Shown in pieces: positions 17,089 to 25,715 of a stretch of DNA of 32,099 bases. The DNA lies in NCBI GenBank assembly GCA_964607485.1, contig CAZSKP010000045.1, forward strand, positions 1 through 32,099, in the 5' to 3' direction. The translations under genes were made by a program, and so were the position numbers. Source of the stretch: an uncultured bacterium (GTDB lineage Bacteria; Abyssobacteria; SURF-5). The stretch's first letter is position 1. Every line of letters starts with the position of its first letter. The notes beneath the pieces are model-generated. The model was not told where the DNA came from. It ran no database searches and saw only the letters and a program-made list of their open reading frames with translations.

Positions 17089-19692
17089 CTACTTGGATTC
17101 AAGATTGCCGACGGTGACAAGAACGTAACGATTCAGGTCGAATATGCCGGATGCGACGCGACGCACCTCTTCCGGAGTGACGGCGCGTATCCTCGAATCG
17201 TACTCCTTGTAATTATCATAGCCCAGTCCATAGAGTTCGTCGAAAGAGGCAGTGGTGGCGATCTGGCCGTTGGTTTGCAGCCCGATCGCATGATTGCCCA
17301 TTACCTCGACTTTCGTGCGTTCCAGCTCTTCCCCACCGAGGCCGTTTTGGCTCAGGTCGCGAATCACCTCGAACATTCCATCTATGGCTTCCTCACGCAT
17401 GGAGGGAACGGTGATGATGTAGAGCACGAAAGCACCCGGCTCGACTCCGAGAATATTGAAGGCGCCCACCGAATAGGCCAGTCCGCGTTCGTCACGCAGT
17501 GTTTGAAACAGTTTCCCGCCCTGACTGTTAAGAGCACTGGTGAGTATCTCGAGCGTGTAGCGGTCAGGACTGTCGACAGTCACACCCGGGAACCCGATGA
17601 GTATGGCAAGCTGCTCCTTGTTCATCTTCTCATGCGCTTTCCTGGGCTCCGTCGGGAGCGATTCCGACGTGGAACTGGTCGCCATCCTGACACCGCTGTT
17701 GAGTTGCCCGAAGTGGGTTTCGACGAGACTGAGCACCTTGGATTTATCGATGTCTCCGAAAACGGAGAGCACCATGTTCGATGCCGTCACCGTCTGCGAA
17801 TGGAGCTTTTTCAGGTCGTCCGGCCGGAGCGACTGGACCACCTCGGCATCTCCCTGGGCAAGGAAGCCATACGGATGTCCATCGAACATCGTCCGCCTGA
17901 ACAGCTTCATGGAAGAAGGAAAGATTTCGTCGTTGACGCTCTTGATGCTCGCCAGGGCGGCTGTCTTTTCCCGCTCGACTTCCTCGGGCAGGAACGAGGG
18001 GTTGGCGACGACATCGCCGAGAACATCGAGGCCGGTTTCCACGTCTCGGCCGAGCATGTCCAAGTCGAATCCGAAACTGTTATAGCCTGAAAAAGAGCTG
18101 ATGCTTCCCCCGCGCGACTCTATCGCAGAGGCTATCTCTTCGGCTGAACGCGAGGCCGTCCCCTTCAGCATCGTTTTGCTCATGAGGTTGGTAATTCCCG
18201 TATCGGAACTGTTCTCGGCCCTTGCGCCGCCCAGAATGAACAGCCTGATGGAAACGGTCTGAGAGTTGTGATCCTCCCGCAACAACAGCGTGAGCCCGTT
18301 CGGCAGCACTGTCTTTTCTATCTGCGGAGCTCCGGAAGGAGCCGTTTGTGGTTCGGCTCCGGCCTTCGCGGGCATTTTCCCGACGGGCACGAGGGCCGCA
18401 ATCACGGAATTTTCGGGCCTGAAATACTTATCAACGACTCTCGCTATATCCTGCGCGGTGACGCGCGCAATCGATTCGACATACCGTTTGTCGAACTGCA
18501 GGTCGTGGGCATCGAGTTCGCCCGAGCCGAGGCTTTGGGCCTGCCCCTCGACAGATTCCCTGGAGAACACATAGTCGCTCAGCACCTTGGCGCGCGCGGT
18601 CTCCAGCTCTTCCTCGGAGACGCCTCCCGACCTCAGCTTCTCTATCTCTTCCCATATCGCGTCCTTGACGGCCTCATAGTTCTCCGGCTCGAAAGAGTCG
18701 GCTATCCAGAACATGCCGGGGTCTCGCGGAGTGGCCGACCAGGCGCTGATGTTGTACACGATTCCCCTTTTCTCGCGCAGTTCCTTATACAGCCGCGAGG
18801 TGTCCCCTCCACCGAGGACTATCGCCAGCACGTCCATCGGATACATATCCTCCGATTGAATGCTGGGCCCGTGAAATCCCATCATCGACTGCGCGACCGT
18901 CACCTCAAACTCTTCCACGCTTGTCCGGGGGTCATACTGGCGAGGCTCTTGGGGGACCACCATGGGCGCGATCGATTGCCGTTCAAAATCGCTGAACGCC
19001 TCCCCTATCTTCGGAAGCGCCTCGGCCGAGTCGAAATCGCCCACAACAATCAACGCTATGTTGTTGGGAACATAGAGCCTCTTGTAGTAAGTGAGAAGGT
19101 CGTCACGCGTGATCCTTCTCAGCAGGCTCTCGTAGCCGATCACGGGATTTCTGTATGGATGAACGGCATATGCCGTCTGGTGCGCCATCGTGTAGAGCCG
19201 CCGAAAGGGATCGTCGCGGTTCATCTTTATCTCCTTGACGATCACCTCGCGCTCCTTTTCGATTTCATTAGGGTCGAACACCGAGTGCATGAGCGCATCG
19301 GCCATTATGTCGAGCGCCTTGTCGAAGTGGTCGCTGTGAAACGTGATGTAATACACCGTCTTGTCATAGCCGGTATATGCGTTGGTCTTCCCGCCCGACT
19401 CCTTCACCTCTTTTCCGAATTGGCCGACGCTCCGTCGCTCGGTTCCTTTGAACAGCATGTGTTCCACGAAATGGGAAATGCCGCTGCCGATGAATTCTCC
19501 CTCGGTGATGTTTCCAGCGCCCACCCATGCCTGAATCGTCACCACCGGCGCGTTGTGGTTCTCGAGAAGGATTACGGTCATGCCGTTGTCGAGCACCTTT
19601 CTGACAGGAACATTTTCTTCGGCCGCAACCCAACGAACCAGCACAAACTGCGCAAACAGCCCCAATAAGATAATCTGCAACGCTCTTTTCAT
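17089..19692 (-). CDS. Secreted M16 (pitrilysin/PqqL-like) zinc protease with two M16 modules
   Basis: Signal peptide, inverted Zn motif HFVEH, NAYT, EREVIVKE, SRLYKELRE. The second module lacks HxxEH but has LRDERGLAY. Start at ATG 19692. Confidence 0.93.
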   Translation of the reverse strand: MKRALQIILLGLFAQFVLVRWVAAEENVPVRKVLDNGMTVILLENHNAPVVTIQAWVGAGNITEGEFIGSGISHFVEHMLFKGTERRSVGQFGKEVKESGGKTNAYTGYDKTVYYITFHSDHFDKALDIMADALMHSVFDPNEIEKEREVIVKEIKMNRDDPFRRLYTMAHQTAYAVHPYRNPVIGYESLLRRITRDDLLTYYKRLYVPNNIALIVVGDFDSAEALPKIGEAFSDFERQSIAPMVVPQEPRQYDPRTSVEEFEVTVAQSMMGFHGPSIQSEDMYPMDVLAIVLGGGDTSRLYKELREKRGIVYNISAWSATPRDPGMFWIADSFEPENYEAVKDAIWEEIEKLRSGGVSEEELETARAKVLSDYVFSRESVEGQAQSLGSGELDAHDLQFDKRYVESIARVTAQDIARVVDKYFRPENSVIAALVPVGKMPAKAGAEPQTAPSGAPQIEKTVLPNGLTLLLREDHNSQTVSIRLFILGGARAENSSDTGITNLMSKTMLKGTASRSAEEIASAIESRGGSISSFSGYNSFGFDLDMLGRDVETGLDVLGDVVANPSFLPEEVEREKTAALASIKSVNDEIFPSSMKLFRRTMFDGHPYGFLAQGDAEVVQSLRPDDLKKLHSQTVTASNMVLSVFGDIDKSKVLSLVETHFGQLNSGVRMATSSTSESLPTEPRKAHEKMNKEQLAILIGFPGVTVDSPDRYTLEILTSALNSQGGKLFQTLRDERGLAYSVGAFNILGVEPGAFVLYIITVPSMREEAIDGMFEVIRDLSQNGLGGEELERTKVEVMGNHAIGLQTNGQIATTASFDELYGLGYDNYKEYDSRIRAVTPEEVRRVASGIFDLNRYVLVTVGNLESK

Positions 19693-19994
19693 TTTCAAAC
19701 CTTCCGTTGAAACCCATTCCCTCCGCCAACCGCTCAAGCGCACCTATACCCTGCGCGCCCAGGGACCGGAGACTCTTAAACTACTATGTCACCTCGGCAT
19801 CGTTGCGCGACAGCAAAATCGTCCGGGGAAACGCGCCAAATCGCTTCGAGGCACGTTTGAGAAGGCGTTTCCAAGCCCATGCGACATTTGTCGTTCCGGG
19901 AAAATCCTTCCGAAACATTAGCACATTTCGGAGACAAGGCAACATAATTATAGCACACGGGCCCGAAGCGCCGGGTAGACAAAGACTCTGCTCT

Positions 19995-20023
19995 TTGACC
20001 TTCCGGGCAACGGATGATAGAAT
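19995..20023 (+). promoter_or_regulatory. sigma70-type promoter for the YdbH-like operon
   Basis: TTGACC, 17 bp spacer, extended -10 TGaTAGAAT. Confidence 0.7.
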
Positions 20024-20096
20024 CTTGTCATGTCCGCACGCCGGTTCCCATGTTCACGGAACGGGCCCTTTCGAACCTGACTGAACGCTGCTCCCG

Positions 20097-23000
20097 ATGA
20101 CGACAAGAACGAAGAAAATCCTGATAGCATCCTGCCTGGCCGCCTGCCTGATTTTTCTCGGCGCCGTCGCCACTCTGTGGTGGCTTGTGAGAACCGGCAG
20201 GCTTCAATCGCTCATCGAACGACGCGTTGCAGAAGCGACGGGCATGAGCGTCCACATGAAATCCCTTCATTTTTCATTACCGCTCGGCGTGAACGTGGAG
20301 GAGCTGACGGTGGCTCTCCCCGGCCGCGAGAGTTCTCCCCTGCTGAGCTGCCCGAGGCTCAGAATTTCCGCCTCCCTGGGGAGTCTGCTGAGGAGGCGCG
20401 TCGCATCCGTGACCATTGTGAGGCCGAGGCTCAGGCTGACAAGTGAAGAACAGGCCGGCCTGAAACTGCCCGGCGGCGGCGCTGGAGGCACGTCGGGCAA
20501 ATCTCTTTCGCTGGGAAGGGTCAGGATAGTAGACGGCGCAATCGACCTCGACCTGCCGGGAGTGAAGGCGGGCCTGAAGGGAATTTCCGCCACTCTCCGC
20601 GAGCCGCTCATTTCGGCCGGCGCGGAGAAGGTGCTCAGCCTGAAGGTCGACTCCGGAGACTTCCTCATCGGGCAGGAGGACAAAGGACAGATACCAATCG
20701 CCCTGAAGCAGGTCAAGTCGAGGGTCTCCGTCAAGCCGATGCAGTCAACGACCGAAATCGAGGCCGACGTGCATCAGGCTCTCGTAACGACCGAGCTGCC
20801 CCACCTTCTGTTGCCGCCCGATATTCCCGTCGTCATGTCACTTGCCGCAGATTATGTCCCGAGCAGAGACTCTCTGGAAAACGGAATATTGACCGTGACC
20901 CTGGGGCCGTTTTCCGACATTCGCGTGTACGGCTCCGTGGCAGATGTCCTGAGCGACGCGCCCGCGCCGGACCTGAACCTGACCGTCGAAGCTCCCGAAA
21001 TCGCGCGTTTGCTTGAATACATCGAACTGCTTCAGCGTCCTAACTATAAGGACCTGAAGGTGGCGGGACCTCTTCACATGGAGGGGAGGCTGACCGGAAC
21101 CTTAGAGGCCCCAAAGCTATCCGCCAGGGTGAACACAAGGGACGCCCGATTCGAGTGGGAGGGGATTGTGCTGGAGGGTCTGAGCGTGGATGTGCCCGGC
21201 GCATACGGCGCAGATGGGCTCTCCGCCGGTCCGGGAATCATCAGCGCCGACAAGGCGCTCATTCCCGTCGAGGAAGCGCAGGTCGAGGCCACGTCGCTGA
21301 AGGGGTCGGTGTCGCTCGACACATCGCGCGCTTCTGTGAGCGAGTTCGGGATGAAATTGGGAGACGTCGGGGAAGTCTCGATGGGTGGTAATTATGAATT
21401 CGCGTCGGGCCTCTTCCATGCAGACGCACGCATGGCAGGCGCGTCCCTCGAGCATGCGCTGGGGCTTGTCTCTCGGACAATCTACAGGCTTCCGGACGAT
21501 CTCTCGGCGGCCGGCACTCTGGGATTCGAGTGCGGCCTCGATGGCAAGCTCGCATCGGCATTGGAAAACGTGAGCGTCAAGTACGAGATTTCACTGACGG
21601 GGGGAGAAATATCGTCGGGCGAATTCGTGAGTGCGGCCGGGCTCAACACGAAGTTGACTGGAAAGGCCGAAAGCAAGTCGCCGCTGAAGCTCTGGCGATT
21701 CGACGCAGAGGGCGACGCGGGGAATTTCGAGGTGTTGGTCGATACGTTCTACAAATCGTTTTCAGAGAACCGTTTCCCCTTCTCTCTTTCGGGAGAGTAC
21801 GGGGTGGAGTCGAACAGTTTTAGAGACACTGCCGTTTCGCTGAACCTCGGCCGGATGGGCAAGATAGCCGCGAAGGGCTCCGCCCAGTTCGCTTCGGAGC
21901 CCGAGATCGCCATGCGCCTGCAGGCAAGCAAGATCGACCTTGGAGAAGTGTTCAAAGAGGTCGCACAACAAGTTCTGTCGGAAGTGTCTCCCCTGTTCCG
22001 CGACGCCGAGGTCGGCGGTGTCTTATCCGGAGACCTCGCGGTTCGGGTTGTGGGCGACCGGCGAAGCGTGGCGGGAACGCTCGATGTGGCCGACGGCCGG
22101 GTTGCACTGGAGAAGGGCGCATATGCAATAGGTTCTCTCTCGGCGCGATTGCCTTTTGATGTCCGTTTCCCTCAGGAAGAATCGGACAGGACAATCCAGT
22201 TCGCAGAGAAAGACTACGGCAGAATCGCGCTCGGCACGCTTGACGCCGGACCGGTCCACGTTCCCTCCCTTGGCCTGGACGTTGCTCTCAAGGAGAACGC
22301 GCTTCGCGTGAAAGGCCCCATTTCGGTTGACGTGTTTGGAGGGAAGTTCGGTGTGGGCGACATTCGGGGAGAGAATCTCTTCGGCTCCTCGGCCGAGTTG
22401 ACGACGTCGCTGACGGCGGAGAACATCGACATCGGTCAGGTTTCGGAAGAGCTGGGTTTGCCCAGCATCGCGGGGACGCTCGACGCACAATTTCCCAGCA
22501 TCGCCCTGACGACCGATTCGCTCGTCACCACGGGAGCGGCCGAGATAAACGCGTTCGGGGGAACTATCGACATAGCGTCGGTCGGCGTGGATAGTCCCTT
22601 TTCGGACGTTCGGACATTCAAGGCCGACCTCGATTTCAGGGACATCGATCTCTCGACAGTCACGGAGACGCTGGACTTCGGGTCTATCAGCGGCATCATG
22701 GAGGGCACCTTGAACGGGTTTGAGATGTCCCAGGGCCAGCCGGCCGCCTTTGTCGCCGATTTCGAGACCGTCCCCCGCAAGGGCGTCGCCCAAAGGATAA
22801 ACTTCGACGCCGTGCAGAACATAACCATACTCGGAACCGGCCAGGGGTTCAGGGGAGGCGTGGGACGCGGGCTCGCCGCGTTTTTCGACGAGTTCGGCTA
22901 CGATAAAATCGGGTTCTACTGTACGTTGAAGAATGACAACTTCAGGATGAAAGGAAAGGTGGTGCAAGGCGATACGGAATACTTTGTCAAGGGAGTGAGG

Positions 23001-23114
23001 TTCGGACCCTCGATCAACGTCATCAACAGGAATCCGGGCCAGACGGTCAGCTTTAAGTCGATGCTGGAGAGAATCAATCGCATAAAGACGAAACAGGAAA
23101 GCGAAGAGAAATAG
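20097..23114 (+). CDS. AsmA-like / YdbH-like intermembrane beta-taco protein
   Basis: N-terminal TM anchor, AsmA-like start, ~1000 aa of amphipathic beta strands, FGG turns, C-terminal QRINFDAVQNI...FFDEFGYDKIGFYCTLKND. Context: YdbL-like gene directly downstream. Confidence 0.75.
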   Translation: MTTRTKKILIASCLAACLIFLGAVATLWWLVRTGRLQSLIERRVAEATGMSVHMKSLHFSLPLGVNVEELTVALPGRESSPLLSCPRLRISASLGSLLRRRVASVTIVRPRLRLTSEEQAGLKLPGGGAGGTSGKSLSLGRVRIVDGAIDLDLPGVKAGLKGISATLREPLISAGAEKVLSLKVDSGDFLIGQEDKGQIPIALKQVKSRVSVKPMQSTTEIEADVHQALVTTELPHLLLPPDIPVVMSLAADYVPSRDSLENGILTVTLGPFSDIRVYGSVADVLSDAPAPDLNLTVEAPEIARLLEYIELLQRPNYKDLKVAGPLHMEGRLTGTLEAPKLSARVNTRDARFEWEGIVLEGLSVDVPGAYGADGLSAGPGIISADKALIPVEEAQVEATSLKGSVSLDTSRASVSEFGMKLGDVGEVSMGGNYEFASGLFHADARMAGASLEHALGLVSRTIYRLPDDLSAAGTLGFECGLDGKLASALENVSVKYEISLTGGEISSGEFVSAAGLNTKLTGKAESKSPLKLWRFDAEGDAGNFEVLVDTFYKSFSENRFPFSLSGEYGVESNSFRDTAVSLNLGRMGKIAAKGSAQFASEPEIAMRLQASKIDLGEVFKEVAQQVLSEVSPLFRDAEVGGVLSGDLAVRVVGDRRSVAGTLDVADGRVALEKGAYAIGSLSARLPFDVRFPQEESDRTIQFAEKDYGRIALGTLDAGPVHVPSLGLDVALKENALRVKGPISVDVFGGKFGVGDIRGENLFGSSAELTTSLTAENIDIGQVSEELGLPSIAGTLDAQFPSIALTTDSLVTTGAAEINAFGGTIDIASVGVDSPFSDVRTFKADLDFRDIDLSTVTETLDFGSISGIMEGTLNGFEMSQGQPAAFVADFETVPRKGVAQRINFDAVQNITILGTGQGFRGGVGRGLAAFFDEFGYDKIGFYCTLKNDNFRMKGKVVQGDTEYFVKGVRFGPSINVINRNPGQTVSFKSMLERINRIKTKQESEEK

Positions 23115-23161
23115 TTGTGGCGGGAAGCAAAGGCGCTTCAGAACGAAGACGGAGGCAGAAG

Positions 23162-23761
23162 ATGAAAAAATCAATCATGGTTGCAGTATTCACGGCGGTG
23201 CTGTTGACAATCGCCTGCGTGACGGTCAACGTCTATTTCCCGGCCGCCGAAGTGCAGCAGGCCGCGGACAAGATAGTGGGAGACGTTTACGGAAAGCAAC
23301 CCGCCCCGGCCGCGCCCGAGGACACAACCGAGCAGAGCATGCTCAGGCGCATGTGGCGGGAGCTGGTGTCGCCCTTCGCGAACGAGGCGTACGCACAGGC
23401 CGACATCAACATCAGCACGCCTAACATTCGGGCGCTGAGAGCCTCGCTGGAGGAACGGTTCGATTCTCTTCAGCCGCTCTACGACAAGGGAATAATCGGC
23501 ATAACCAACGAGGGGCTGCTGGAAATACGCTCCGTCGAAGGCCTGGGTCTCAAGGAAAAGGCAGAGGCCAACAAGCTGGTGAAAGCCGATAACGCCGACC
23601 GGGAGAATCTCTATTCCGAAATCGCCAAGGCCAACGACATTCCGTCCGACTCGGTGTCAGAAATCAAGAAGCTCTTTGCGGTTGAATGGAGGAAGAAGGC
23701 GCACAAGGGATGGTGGATACAGAAAGACGATGGAGGATGGGTGCAGAAAGGCTCCGAGTAG
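23162..23761 (+). CDS. YdbL/DUF1318-family lipoprotein with YnbE-like N-terminus
   Basis: Lipobox LTIA-C followed by VTVNVYFPAAE. C-terminal GIIGITNEGLL, NADRENLYSEIAKAN, GWWIQ..DGGW (DUF1318 pattern). GGAGG RBS before ATG 23162. Confidence 0.82.
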   Translation: MKKSIMVAVFTAVLLTIACVTVNVYFPAAEVQQAADKIVGDVYGKQPAPAAPEDTTEQSMLRRMWRELVSPFANEAYAQADINISTPNIRALRASLEERFDSLQPLYDKGIIGITNEGLLEIRSVEGLGLKEKAEANKLVKADNADRENLYSEIAKANDIPSDSVSEIKKLFAVEWRKKAHKGWWIQKDDGGWVQKGSE

Positions 23762-23789
23762 AGCCGCCGGAACAGAGACGAAAAAGGTC

Positions 23790-23820
23790 AAGGCGCCTCT
23801 CAGTTTCAGAGGCGCCTTTT
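23790..23820. terminator. Rho-independent terminator between convergent genes, probably bidirectional
   Basis: Perfect 11-bp stem AAGGCGCCTCT / AGAGGCGCCTT with 7-nt loop, T-run on the right and an A-run nearby on the left. Confidence 0.8.
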
Positions 23821-23853
23821 CCATGCTTTATCTGATAAAGAAGAACAAAAAAT

Positions 23854-24123
23854 CTACACGCTGTCCTTAAAGGCCTGTCCGGCCTTGAATCCAACGCTCT
23901 TGCTCGCCTTGATCGTGATTGCTTCGCCGGTCCTGGGGTTGCGTCCCTTGCGCGCCTTGCGCTTGCGAATATCGAACGTTCCAAACCCCACGAGTTGCAC
24001 CTTCTTGTCTTTCTTCAGCCCCTTCTTGATATTGTTCAGTACGGCGTTAACGGCTTTCTCCGACGCCGCCTTGCTGTCTTTGAGTTCCTTTGCCACGGCT
24101 TCAACCAGCTCACCTTTGTTCAT
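23854..24123 (-). CDS. hup: DNA-binding protein HU
   Basis: MNKGELVEAVA, VQLVGFGTF, RKARKGRNPRTGE, FKAGQAFKDSV. Confidence 0.97.
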   Translation of the reverse strand: MNKGELVEAVAKELKDSKAASEKAVNAVLNNIKKGLKKDKKVQLVGFGTFDIRKRKARKGRNPRTGEAITIKASKSVGFKAGQAFKDSV

Positions 24124-24131
24124 GAATTTCT

Positions 24132-24251
24132 CTCCTTTCAGCTTACCCTGCGAACTTCCTACCGAAAAAAACTTTCACCAAGCACGCCCAGTCCCTCCTC
24201 CCTAGGCACCCCTCCTTTCAATTTACAAATTCGCGGAACTTTCCACCGAAA
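24132..24251 (-). repeat. Imperfect tandem duplication in the hup 5' leader
   Basis: CTCCTTTCA..TTAC at 24132 and 24212. GAACTTCCTACCGAAA at 24152 versus GAACTTTCCACCGAAA at 24236 (14/16 identical). Confidence 0.6.
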
Positions 24252-24284
24252 GGATACTGAAAAGCGGCTCTCAATGCGGGCGGC

Positions 24285-24313
24285 ATTATATCAGAAAGGC
24301 AGCGGCCGTGCAA
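24285..24313 (-). promoter_or_regulatory. sigma70-type promoter for hup
   Basis: Minus strand TTGCAC, 17 bp spacer, extended -10 TGaTATAAT. Confidence 0.7.
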
Positions 24314-24441
24314 GGAATTTCTTCCGTTTGATGCCCTCCGCCGCCGACCGCGACAAACGTTTCACCTGGGGCCGGATTGGGGCAGACTCGTGGGGAGCCG
24401 TGCTCGGCTCTGCTCCACGCGCCGGGACCTTCAAATCACTC

Positions 24442-25647
24442 TCACGTCACAGCGGTGATCTGGTTTATGATCGAGACGTAAGGCCAGAAGAAGGAAAGCG
24501 TGAGAAAAAGCACCACCAGGCCCAGCCCCAGTATCATGACGGGCTCGATCAACGACTTCAGCGTGATCACGGCGGTCTCCACTTCTCGCTCGAAGATCTC
24601 GGCCATCTGGCGGGACACTCTTTCGAGCGCTCCGGCCTCTTCTCCGGTGGCAAGCATGTCGGTCACCAGAGGCGGCACGACCTTCGACCGCCTCAACGGT
24701 TTTTCCAGCCCTTCTCCCCGCTCGATCGATTCGCGCACCTGCTGGAGGTCTTGCGCAAAGGCGGCGTTGCCCACCGCCTCCTTTGTCAGGTCGAGTGTCT
24801 CAAGTATCGAGATGCCGGCATTCAACAGCGTCGCGAACGTGTGAGAGAAATCGGCGACAACCTTCTTCGTGATCACCTGTCCAAATACCGGCATGCGCAG
24901 TTTGAAATGATCGATGCGGAGGCGTCCCGCAGGCGTCCGGGCGTAGGAAGTGACAAGCACCACCCCGCCCACGATGATCAGCAGCCAGAGCCACCACAAA
25001 TTCACAAGACCGTGGGTACACGCAAGAGCGAAGCGTGTTATCACGGGCAATTCGATGTCGAACGAGAGGAACATCGCCTCGAATTCCGGAACCACGAACA
25101 CGAAGTAGAGTATCAGTACAGAGATGCTGGCAATAAAGATCACAAACGGATACGCCAGGGCCGACCTGACCTGGCTGCGCAATAGCGCCTGCTTCTCACG
25201 GTAATCGGCCAGGCGGGTAATGATTTCCGTGAGCGCGCCAGAGCTTTCGCCCGCTTTTATTATGCTCACGAAAAGATGATTGAAGTATTTCGGGTGATAC
25301 GAGAGGGATTGCCAGAGGGTGTTGCCCGATTCGATCTTCCCCGCAACGTCCTTCAGCACACCGGAAAAGGTCCTGTTTGAGGTGCGGCCGCCGAGCGTGT
25401 TTATAGCCCTCAGCAGCGGTACGCCGGCTTCGAGCAGCATCACCAACTGGCGCAGGAAAGAGGTGACTATTTCATGCGGAATCCGCCCATAACCCAGAGA
25501 AACATGGAGAATCCTGTCGAAAATCGATTCCTCGTCCATAGCCTTGGGCGGTTCGCCTTCATAACGAACGTGCGCCTCGTCGCCCGGCTTGGTCACATCC
25601 GCACTTTGACCCTTTTCCGATTTGTCCTTTTGCTCTGGCATTGCCAT
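24442..25647 (-). CDS. Type II secretion F / PilC family platform protein
   Basis: Two GspF repeats (FLRQLVMLLEAGVPL...AGESSG and FATLLNAGISIL...TGEEAG), ALAYP, LIEP, three TM segments. Confidence 0.95.
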   Translation of the reverse strand: MAMPEQKDKSEKGQSADVTKPGDEAHVRYEGEPPKAMDEESIFDRILHVSLGYGRIPHEIVTSFLRQLVMLLEAGVPLLRAINTLGGRTSNRTFSGVLKDVAGKIESGNTLWQSLSYHPKYFNHLFVSIIKAGESSGALTEIITRLADYREKQALLRSQVRSALAYPFVIFIASISVLILYFVFVVPEFEAMFLSFDIELPVITRFALACTHGLVNLWWLWLLIIVGGVVLVTSYARTPAGRLRIDHFKLRMPVFGQVITKKVVADFSHTFATLLNAGISILETLDLTKEAVGNAAFAQDLQQVRESIERGEGLEKPLRRSKVVPPLVTDMLATGEEAGALERVSRQMAEIFEREVETAVITLKSLIEPVMILGLGLVVLFLTLSFFWPYVSIINQITAVT

Positions 25648-25715
25648 CGTTCCTCCCCCGGAATTTTGTCGGCCGCTTCACCGTCGAGTGCATACGCGGA
25701 AAGACGTTGTTGCAC

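Noticed and set aside
18268-19668. 466-aa plus-strand ORF, and similar long antisense ORFs at 10975-11955, 12825-13889, 22023-23174, 23995-25185 and 25923-27017
   Set aside because: Each lies opposite a well-supported gene, has no recognisable motifs, and is the expected shadow of GC-rich codon usage.
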